The position numbers and the translations under genes were made by a program. From Nitrospirota bacterium (GTDB lineage Bacteria > Nitrospirota > Nitrospiria > Nitrospirales > Nitrospiraceae): a DNA stretch of 16,293 nucleotides. How positions within the stretch are numbered: position 1 is the first letter of the stretch; every line of letters starts with the position of its first letter. A model generated the notes under the pieces. That model did no database searches, was not told the origin of the DNA, and was given only the letters and a program-made list of their open reading frames with translations. Positions 9,291-16,293 of the stretch are shown here, in pieces. The stretch spans positions 1 to 16,293 of the forward strand of contig CAVPGK010000008.1 of NCBI GenBank assembly GCA_963703955.1. The letters run 5' to 3'.

Positions 9291-9329
9291 AAAACGTCCT
9301 TCAGGAGCCCGTGGAGGACCTGAAGGACG
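9291..9329 (-). terminator. Terminator/attenuator-like hairpin in the 5' leader of the EamA gene
   Basis: Perfect 11-bp inverted repeat CGTCCTTCAGG (9295-9305) / CCTGAAGGACG (9319-9329) with a 13-nt loop. On the minus strand it is followed by TTTT, 14 nt before the start codon. The U-tract is short. Confidence 0.5.
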
Positions 9330-9403
9330 CATCGGATGACGGGGGAGCCTGTCGGAAACACACATGCGCAGGCCCCGTCTGGTATGAGCACGCAGCAGCG
9401 CGC

Positions 9404-9432
9404 CTTATAGCAGGCACCTCCCGCTTCGTCAA
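9404..9432 (-). promoter_or_regulatory. Sigma70-type promoter for the EamA gene
   Basis: The minus strand reads TTGACG-N17-TATAAG (-35 at 9427-9432, -10 at 9404-9409). Confidence 0.7.
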
Positions 9433-9442
9433 GGAATTTGTC

Positions 9443-10090
9443 TCAGGGCAAGTTCCGACGAATCACAAAGACGCCGTCCCGGAGCGTGACCAGAACGGCT
9501 GTGACGCGAGCATCGGAGGCGATCAGACGATTCAACTCCTGAATCGCTGCGGTGGAGGGATCTGGCGGCGGCTGATGCAACACCTCCCCAGACCAGAGAA
9601 CATTATCGATGAGGATGACGCCATGCGGGCCGATAAGATCCAGCGCCAGGCGGTAGTAGTTCACGTAATTGATCTTATCGGCGTCGATGAAAATCAGCTC
9701 GAAAGGCCCCACCACCTCTCGTAGTGTCTCGAGGGCGGGCCCGACCCGCAGATCGATTTTACGGCCATGTGGGCTTCTGGCGAAGTGTTTCCGGGCCATC
9801 GCCGTCGACCCAGGATCAATATCGCACGTGATCACCACACCGTCGTCCGGTAAGGCCTCGGCAAAACACAGCGCGCTATAGCCGGTGAAGGTGCCGATTT
9901 CCAGCACACGCTTTGCGCGCACGAGGCGGGCCATTATTTTCAGGAAGGCGCCCTCCAGCGGACCCACCACCATCTGCGGGCATTCCATGTTCCCATAGGT
10001 CTCTTCCCGAAGAGCACGACAGCCTTCTGACTCGGCCCAGGAATGCGCTTCGGCGTACGCTTCGATCTCCGGCAAGATCAGATCCTTCAT
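9443..10090 (-). CDS. Class I SAM-dependent O-methyltransferase (caffeoyl-CoA OMT / Methyltransf_3-like)
   Basis: The start is probably ATG at 10090 (AGGAG RBS), giving 215 aa. Motifs VLEIGTFTGYSAL, IFIDADK and IDNVLWSG. Confidence 0.92.
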   Translation of the reverse strand: MKDLILPEIEAYAEAHSWAESEGCRALREETYGNMECPQMVVGPLEGAFLKIMARLVRAKRVLEIGTFTGYSALCFAEALPDDGVVITCDIDPGSTAMARKHFARSPHGRKIDLRVGPALETLREVVGPFELIFIDADKINYVNYYRLALDLIGPHGVILIDNVLWSGEVLHQPPPDPSTAAIQELNRLIASDARVTAVLVTLRDGVFVIRRNLP

Positions 10091-10173
10091 ATGGTCCCAT
10101 CTCTCCTTTTTCCACACGCTCGCCTACCCGCGCCGCCATGGCCGTGACGTCTTGGGCGAGCGGCATTCAATAT

Positions 10174-10384
10174 AGACGCGCCTTCTTCTCAACATTTTCA
10201 CCCGCCCACCCCAGACGCGCCGAGACGCGTCTTTTTCCCAACATTTCACCCGCCCATCCCAGGCGAACATGTCACCCGCCCCGCCCCGAGCCTGTCAAAT
10301 ACAGGCTCTGTTCCCGGGGCGCGCCTTCTCACTTTTTCACCCGCCCATCCCAGGCGCGCCAAGACGTGCCTTCTCCCCAGCATT
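10174..10384. repeat. Degenerate tandem intergenic repeat (about 44-49 bp units, core TCACCCGCCC) with an internal hairpin
   Basis: The core TCACCCGCCC occurs at 10198, 10246, 10272 and 10337. Unit heads related to AGACGCGCCTT occur at about 10174, 10223, 10317 and 10362. Hairpin GAGCCTGT-CAAAT-ACAGGCTC at 10288-10308. Confidence 0.8.
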
Positions 10385-10412
10385 GAAAACTCCGGCAGAC
10401 GTTTCGTAGACT
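10383..10412 (+). promoter_or_regulatory. Putative sigma70 promoter for the carboxypeptidase gene
   Basis: TTGAAA-N18-TAGACT, ending 34 nt before the ATG at 10447. Confidence 0.5.
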
Positions 10413-10446
10413 GACCATCTTACTCCTTTTGAGAGCTGGAAGTTTC

Positions 10447-11997
10447 ATGAAGACCCTCGCCACACTGGCCCCACTGACGAGCCGCCTCCTTGAAATCCAG
10501 CACCTAACCAGCGCGGCCTCGCTCCTGTCCTGGGATCAGGAAACCTATATGCCGCCAGGAGGAGGTCACGCCAGAGCCGACCAGTTAGCAACGCTTCAAG
10601 GCTTGGCTCACGATCGATTGGTTTCACCGGACATTCAGCGCTTGCTCGCCCAATGGATCGATCCCGCCACAGGGCAAACGATTGATTCTCCGGGAGTGGC
10701 ATGGGATGAACCGTCACGAGCCCTTTTGCGCGAGGTCTGGCGGGATTTCAGCCGGGCCAAGAAACTGCCTTCAGAATTTGTCATACGATTGGGACGCGAA
10801 TGTTCACTGGCTCAACAGGTCTGGACCGAAGCCAAGAAGAAAAGCAATTTCCGGATGTTTCTGCCGAACCTCCGCATCATCGTTTCACTCAAACAGGAGG
10901 AAGCGCACTATCTCGGTTACAAAGAATCCCCATACGACGCCCTACTGGACCACTATGAGCCGGACACGACCGTCCTCCCGTCTCACCCCGCTCTTCACCG
11001 AGCTGAAGACAAGAATTGTTCCGCTCCTGCAGCGGGTAATGACTGCCCCCGTAGTGATCGACGACGCGGTCCTGTTTCGTGCGTATGACACCACACGCCA
11101 GACGGAATTCAGCCGGCTGGCGCTGACTGCGATGGGCTATGACTTTAGCCGAGGCCGGTTGGACCTATCCGCCCATCCTTTCACCACTTCATTTCACCCG
11201 ACCGATGTGCGACTGACCACCCGGGTGTCGAGGATGAGCCGCCCGCCTGCCTCTTCAGCTCTATCCATGAGGGCGGTCACGGTCTCTACGACCAGGGGCT
11301 TGACCCGAGAACGATACGGAACCCCGTCGGGCCACGCTTTGTCGTTGGGGATCCATGAAAGCCAATCGCGCCTGTGGGAAAACTGCGTCTGGGCGATCTC
11401 GGCCTTTTTGGAGATGCTTCGTCCGTCTCAGGGAATCTTTTCCCCGAGCAACTGCCCGACGCTACGGTGGGGCGTCTTTACCGCGGCAATCAATCGAGTG
11501 AAGCCTTTTCTCCCTTATCCGCGTCGAGGCGGATGAGCTTACCTATAACCTTCACATCATGCTGCGCTTCGAGATCGAGCAGGACCTGATCGAAGGTCGC
11601 ACGCGGCGGAGACTCGCCTGATATCTGGAACGAGAAGATGCGGAGCTTTCTTGGAATTGTTCCAACGACTGACGCGGAAGGCGTCTTGCAGGATGTTCAC
11701 TGGTCCTTGGGCGCCATCGGCTATTTTCCGACCTATACGCTCGGAAACCTGTACGCCGTACAGTTCTTTGATCAGGCTCGAAGGGAAATCTCAGATCTGG
11801 ACGGAGAAATTGAAGCCGGGCGACTGTCGGTGCTGACGCGCTGGCTGAATCAAAAGATCCACCGCTGGGGCCGGACCTTTACCGCCGACCATCTCGTCCA
11901 ACGTGTGACGGGGAGGCCGTTGAGCCGGGAACCGTTTCTGACGTATCTGGAAGGAAAGTTCGGGAGCTTGTATGGACTTGGAGGCGAGTCGCGATGA
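10447..11997 (+). pseudogene. Carboxypeptidase M32 (Taq carboxypeptidase family), broken by multiple frameshifts as sequenced (probably sequence errors)
   Basis: Family motifs are spread over alternating frames: LLSWDQETYMPPGG, YDALLDHYEP, GRLDLSAHPF, DVRLTTR, HEGGH (11266-11280, HExxH, in a frame not shown in the ORF track), HESQSRLWEN (from 11354), [13 protein letters not shown] (from 11517), GVLQDVHW and GYFPTYTLG. Indels lie near 10975, 11228, 11307, 11390, 11420, 11510 and 11605. Confidence 0.88.
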
Positions 11998-12000
11998 GTG

Positions 12001-12560
12001 TTAGTATCCGAGGGCGGTGTTCAGACGCGCCAGCATGCTCGGCGCGAGCATGAATTCGCCGTCGACTTCGATCCGGCTCGGCACCAATAGGATGGTATGG
12101 AATGAGATATCTCGAATCGCCAGTTTGAATTCTGGCTGTTCAGACGTGCTGATTTCGACCGCTTCAACCGACTTCGAAAGATCCCCCGTATCCTGTGGCC
12201 CATACGTGGACACGACCGCCTGAATGATTTCAATCACACGCGAATTGGCGTCGACTTCCTCCATTTCTTCCGGCAGAATCTTCAGCGCGTCAGCGGCTTT
12301 CTCGGAAAGGTCGAAATTCTCAAGGCATCCCTTGCGACGCAACGACATCAGATCGTTGTCGAGGTCCTTGCTGAACGCCCCGTAGGCATAGCGAAAAAAC
12401 TCAAATGAAATCCCTTGATCCGCTTGTCGAACATTTGAAGCTCACAGAGGAACACCAGTTGCTGCAGCTTCACATCGCTCATCAGCCCATACGGCGCCGC
12501 TAATTGCAAGATATAGAGGAGCAGGGCACGATCGATCGTGATTTGGTCGGGCTTCCGCAT
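12001..12560 (-). CDS. Panacea/SocA(DUF4065)-like protein, with a 1-bp frameshift near 12404
   Basis: Restoring one T in 'cat tt^ gag' joins ORFs 12348..12560 and 12001..12348 into 186 aa: ...SDVKLQQLVFLCE...FHFEFFRYAYGAFSKDLDNDLMSLRRKG... This matches the KLQKLxF...F-x-x-Y-x-YGP-x-S-x-x-L pattern of SocA/Panacea-type proteins. Confidence 0.65.
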
Positions 12561-12658
12561 ACTTCAAGCTGGTAAGTCATAGCACGCAGCGAATAGCGGA
12601 ACGACAACTCTCTGCACTCTTGCTATTGACTGTTCGCGAATCGCTACTCGCCGGTTGT

Positions 12659-14160
12659 TTACGTGATCTCAGCACTGAGGCCCTGAGCCATGACGATCCT
12701 GGTATCCAGGTTATAAGTCACCGCCTTGGAATGGGTCAGTACCGGAATAAGGCCGGCGGCCGAGGGAATCAGATTGCCCGACTGTTTGACTCCCCGAACG
12801 GCATGCGGACGCCGGCGCCGATGCAGGGCAAGTTCCAATAGAAAATCCCGCAGCGCATGTGCTCTTCGGCATATTTTGCCTTCCGGTAGTCCTCCGTGAT
12901 GATGGAACCCGACAACCCGTACTTGGTGTCGTTGTAGACGGCGACCGCTTCCTCAACTCCTCGCACCGGGACGATCGCTACATGGGGACTGAAGGCCTCC
13001 TCGGTCAAACACACACTGTCGCTGCGCCAGGGACCGGTGTAGACGAACGGCTTCAGCCAGTACCCGTCCGGTGTCGGCGGTGGTTGGGTGTTCCGGTCCA
13101 GTAAAACCTCGAATCCTTCCTTGCGGGCCGTTTCATTGAAGCGGCGGCCCTTGTCCACCCGGTGCCGATTGATCATGGTTCCATGAAGACGCTATCATCC
13201 ATGGGATCACCGACCCTCACTCTTTTCGCTGCGGAGACGAATCGCTCGGAAAATCGGTCGGCCATGCGGCTATCGACCAGCAGTCGACCGGCCGTCACGC
13301 AGCGCTGCCCGGCTGTTTTGAAAGCAGAAAGAACACTGGCTGAGACTGCCATGTCAAGGTTGGCATCCTCCATGACGAGGACTGCGTTCTTGCCACCGGT
13401 TTCAATTGTACAGATCTTGTCGGCATGCTTCGCCACCTCCTGTTTGATCGTCAGGCCGATTTCGTAGCTCCCGGTGAACAGAACGACATGCGTTTGCCGA
13501 TGAGCCACGAGAGGAGCGCCCGCACCTTCACCAGCGCCGTGGAGGACCTGAAAGACTCCGGGGGGGATTCCAGCTTGCTCAAAGTACCGTGCAATCTTGG
13601 CCGCACACATGGGTGTATATTCACTCGGCTTGAGGATGACGGAATTCCCCAAGACCAGCGGGAGCCCGGTTAACCAAAATGGGAGCGCGATTGGAAAATA
13701 TCACGGCGTAATCGCCACGACGACCCCGCGGGGTTCCAGCACTTCATAACAGCGTTTGGTTGAGACTTCATCCGCGAGCATCTTCCCATATTGACCCAGA
13801 TGCCCGTAGGAGAAGGCGTACTGCGCGGTATGGATTGCCTCAATGACATCAGCGCGCGCTTCGTTCACCTGTTTACCCGCTTCCCGCGCCACCATCCGGC
13901 GCAAGGGGTTCTTGATCCTCCTCCATGAGTCTGGCAACACGAAGGAGATACTCTGCGCGCTTGATCATGCCCAATTCACGCCAGCCGGACTGTGCCCGGT
14001 TTGCCGATGATACCGCTTCTTCAATGTCCGCAGGAGTGGATTGAGGGAAGGTACCGATCACATCGGAAGGATTCGCGGGGTTACGAGTCTCGAACCATTC
14101 AGTACCTGCGGCCGTTCTCCACGCCCCATTGATAAAGTTGTGAACCTGTGAGAGGGCCAT
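12659..14160 (-). pseudogene. NAD(P)-dependent aldehyde dehydrogenase (about 500 aa), interrupted as sequenced (probably sequence errors)
   Basis: Start at ATG 14160 (GGAGG RBS), stop TAA at 12659. Motifs NFINGAW, NPANP, ILKPSE, FTGS, catalytic Glu ETGGKN, catalytic Cys AGQRCVT, EEAFSP, YGLSGS and PFGGVKQSG. Frameshifts near 13905, 13175 and 12792, plus an in-frame TGA at 13701-13703. Confidence 0.9.
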
Positions 14161-14206
14161 CATCACCTCCACGCACCAGACCGCGTCGATTCTTGTTCTT
14201 ATCCGC

Positions 14207-14236
14207 ACTATAGTCTCTGCAAAAGAGACAGGTCAA
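14207..14236 (-). promoter_or_regulatory. Sigma70-type promoter of the aldehyde dehydrogenase, with a dyad in the spacer
   Basis: The minus strand reads TTGACC-N18-TATAGT. The spacer contains GTCTCT-N5-AGAGAC (14213-14229). Confidence 0.6.
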
Positions 14237-14322
14237 CGTCGCATCGCGGGATCCATGAGTTTCCTGACCATGCTTACCGATACGGGTTGATCTGTATTGG
14301 TTCCCGTTCTCGGAATAGTTTT

Positions 14323-14341
14323 TAATAAAGCACTCTCATTT
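14323..14341 (+). promoter_or_regulatory. Candidate Fur operator upstream of fur
   Basis: TAATAAAGCACTCTCATTT, 15/19 identical to the AT-rich dyad at 14817-14835 upstream of the iron ABC genes. Confidence 0.45.
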
Positions 14342-14352
14342 CGGAGACCGGG

Positions 14353-14783
14353 ATGAGCAAAGATCTGAAAGAAATGGGCCTGCTCAAAGAGCACTTGAGC
14401 AACCATCAGCTCAAATTTACGCGTCAGCGCGAGCATATTCTGAGCGTGTTCCTCAAGATGGAACATATCACGGCGGAGCAAATGTATCGGCTGCTGGCCA
14501 AAAAGGACCCCCACATCGGACTGGCGACCATTTACCGAACGTTGAACCTTTTCTGCGAAGTTGGACTCGCTCAGGCCCGCCACTTCGGAACGCAGACCTG
14601 TACGACAATGTGTCGCATAAGGGCCATCATGACCACCTCATTTGCACCTCATGCGGCAAGATCGTCGAGTTTGAAAACTGCGATATTGAAAGGCTTCAGG
14701 AAGAAGTGGCTACGCGTAACGGGTTCGCCATCCAGACCCATAAGCTTGAACTCTACGGTCTCTGCGCAAGCTGTCGACATTGA
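14353..14783 (+). CDS. fur: Ferric uptake regulator (Fur family), with a 1-bp frameshift near 14598
   Basis: The N-terminal half has [16 protein letters not shown] and [10 protein letters not shown]. After restoring one base the frame continues [60 protein letters not shown] to TGA at 14781-14783 (143 aa). It is adjacent to a ferric ABC transporter. Confidence 0.92.
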
Positions 14784-14808
14784 CCCGCCCCCTTTTTTTT
14801 GTTAACCT
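14780..14808 (+). promoter_or_regulatory. Sigma70-type promoter for the iron ABC operon
   Basis: TTGACC (14780-14785, overlapping the fur stop) - N17 - TAACCT (14803-14808), with an extended -10 TG at 14800-14801. Confidence 0.55.
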
Positions 14809-14811
14809 TTT

Positions 14812-14838
14812 TGAGATAATGAATCAATTTCATTTTCA
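14812..14838 (+). promoter_or_regulatory. Fur-box-like operator over the predicted transcription start of the iron ABC operon
   Basis: GATAATGAATCAATTTCATTTTC (14815-14837) contains GATAATGA and TCATTTTC half-sites and an AATGAA-N5-TTCATT dyad. Confidence 0.65.
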
Positions 14839-14860
14839 GTTTTAAAGGGGACTGAACCAT

Positions 14861-15916
14861 ATGTCTATGAAGCTTCCAGGCGCCGCTCTTCCCTTCATAC
14901 TCCGACGGAGACGGATGATCGCGGTCATACTGGCATTCCTTACTGTGACCCTATCACTGAGTGACGGTTACGCGGCGGATCGTTTGGTCGTCTATTCCGG
15001 TCGCGCTGAACGCCTCATCAAGCCGGTTCTCGATGTGTTTCAAGAGAAGACCGGGATTCAGATCGATCTGCTCTCTTCCCCAACCACGGAACTGGTGAAC
15101 CGCTTACATGCCGAGGGGGAACGGACGCCAGCCGACCTCTTTGTTACCAACGACGCCGGAAGCCTGGAACGGGCTCGGGAATTGGGGCTGCTGCGCCCAT
15201 TAGACTTGGCAGAGCTCGACGGAAACATTCCAGCGGCCTTTCGATCGACGGATAATAGTTGGGTCGGAATTTCCGCGAGGCTTTGGATCGTGGTGTATAA
15301 CACCACACAGGTGAAAGCGACCGAGATCACGTCCATCTTGGATCTGGCTGACCCGCGGTGGAAAGGGAAGATCGCGATTCCGAACGCCGGCAGTGAATAC
15401 CTGCAGGCCGGAGTGTCGGTCATCAAAGCTGCCTACGGGGACGACCGGACACAGGGATTTCTGCAAGGGCTCAAAGCCAACGCGGGGAGCCAAGTGTATG
15501 GGAAGAGTTCCCAAATCGTCGATGCGGTGGCAAAGGGCCAGGCAGCACTCGGTATCGTCAACCATTACTACGTCTATCGACATTTGGAAACTCAGCCCGG
15601 CGCGCCGATAGCGGTCATAATGCCGGACCAACAGGAAGGGGGCATGGGGGCGATCCTCAATGCCGCCGGGGTCGGGATCGTCAAACATTCTCGGCATGTG
15701 GGCCCCGCCAAGCGCCTCGTTGAATTCCTCATTTCTCCCGACGGTCAGAAAATGTTTGCGGAGCTCAACAAGGAGTATCCACTCCGACCGGGCGTCGCCG
15801 CCGATCCTGCCCTCCCAGCACGACAGAGTTTTCGGACAGCCACCGTTCCATTGGTCCGACTCGGTGAATTGAGAGAACCCGCCATGACGCTGATCGAACA
15901 GGCCGGGCTACGGTGA
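14861..15916 (+). CDS. fbpA: Fe(III) ABC transporter periplasmic binding protein (FbpA/FutA/SfuA family)
   Basis: 351 aa with a signal-peptide-like N-terminus (RRRR + hydrophobic stretch + YAA). Motifs LVVYSGR, EGERTPADLF, LADPRWKGKI, VNHYY (tandem Tyr iron ligands) and NKEYP. Confidence 0.9.
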   Translation: MSMKLPGAALPFILRRRRMIAVILAFLTVTLSLSDGYAADRLVVYSGRAERLIKPVLDVFQEKTGIQIDLLSSPTTELVNRLHAEGERTPADLFVTNDAGSLERARELGLLRPLDLAELDGNIPAAFRSTDNSWVGISARLWIVVYNTTQVKATEITSILDLADPRWKGKIAIPNAGSEYLQAGVSVIKAAYGDDRTQGFLQGLKANAGSQVYGKSSQIVDAVAKGQAALGIVNHYYVYRHLETQPGAPIAVIMPDQQEGGMGAILNAAGVGIVKHSRHVGPAKRLVEFLISPDGQKMFAELNKEYPLRPGVAADPALPARQSFRTATVPLVRLGELREPAMTLIEQAGLR

Positions 15917-16293
15917 CCCAAGTGCCATCAATCACCAGTGCGGGCCGACAGCTCTTGCCTTCCCCCCTGTCGGTTCTCGCGGTCCTCATAGCGGCAATTA
16001 TCTTTCTCCCGATCACCTATATCATCGGCTTGGCACTCGGCTCCCCGCCTGCGGTTTGGAGTCGTCTGTGGCACACGCGGATTCCAGAACTCTTGGTCAA
16101 TACCGCGTGGCTGGCGGCAGGAGTAGCGATCGGCACGCTGCTCCTTGGCGTGTCGCTCGCTTGGCTTGTCGTCCGGTTCGAGTTTGTCGGCCGGCGCATG
16201 TGGGAGTGGGCTCTGGTCTTGCCCCTCACCATACCCACCTACGTGCTGGCCTACATATACGCCTATCTGCTGGGCACGGGGGGACCGATCGAG
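15913..16293 (+). CDS. fbpB: Fe(III) ABC transporter permease (FbpB/FutB family), 3' end cut off by the window edge
   Basis: The GTG start overlaps the upstream TGA (GTGA at 15913-15916). Manual translation gives ...LAVLIAAIIFLPITYII...PELLVNTAWLAAGVAIGTLLLGVSLAWLVVRFEFVGRRMWEWALVLPLTIPTYVLAYIY..., a typical FbpB N-terminus. It is absent from the ORF track. Confidence 0.88.
   Translation, partial: MTQVPSITSAGRQLLPSPLSVLAVLIAAIIFLPITYIIGLALGSPPAVWSRLWHTRIPELLVNTAWLAAGVAIGTLLLGVSLAWLVVRFEFVGRRMWEWALVLPLTIPTYVLAYIYAYLLGTGGPIE

Noticed and set aside
9300..9385. Guanidine-II (mini-ykkC) riboswitch, suggested by two ACGG tetramers in the EamA leader
   Set aside because: Neither ACGG sits as a tetraloop on a clean short stem as that family requires.
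10174..10384. CRISPR array
   Set aside because: Repeat spacing is irregular (48/26/65 bp), the inter-core sequences resemble each other instead of being unique spacers, and there are no cas genes.
9876..10386. ORFs 9876..10166 (-) and 9913..10386 (+)
   Set aside because: They overlap the methyltransferase and the repeat region, have biased or low-complexity composition and show no recognisable motifs.
13695..13706. TGA at the conserved Trp of the ALDH PWNFP motif as evidence for UGA recoding (Trp or selenocysteine)
   Set aside because: TGA ends several normal genes here and TGG is used for Trp throughout. The next codon is also wrong (TAT for Asn), which fits compensating indel errors (tggaat -> tgatat).
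14784..14800. Intrinsic terminator after fur (poly-T run)
   Set aside because: No stem-loop precedes the T-run. The segment is better explained as the spacer of the downstream promoter.

Overview
GC-rich bacterial chromosomal window. A Nitrospirota/Nitrospira-like origin is my inference from gene content and an intergenic repeat, not a verified result. Left to right: an NTF2/SnoaL-like gene (minus strand, cut by the window edge, absent from the ORF track) and a YheT-like alpha/beta hydrolase. Next is a minus-strand phosphorelay cluster: REC+Cys-rich response regulator, CHASE3-PAS-PAS hybrid histidine kinase with two receivers, stand-alone Hpt, sigma54-dependent NtrC-type activator, and downstream an unusual REC + Spy/CpxP(LTxxQ)-like fusion. 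Then an EamA/DMT transporter with its own sigma70 promoter and a structured, riboswitch/attenuator-like 5' leader, an O-methyltransferase, a degenerate tandem repeat, an M32 carboxypeptidase, an orphan Panacea/SocA-like protein, an aldehyde dehydrogenase, and fur followed by a ferric-iron ABC transporter. Five unrelated genes carry single-base indels while their key motifs largely survive, which most likely reflects sequencing or assembly error. The best novelty candidates are the REC-Spy/CpxP fusion with its phosphorelay and the structured leader upstream of the EamA transporter. No rRNA, tRNA, CRISPR array or transposase was found.
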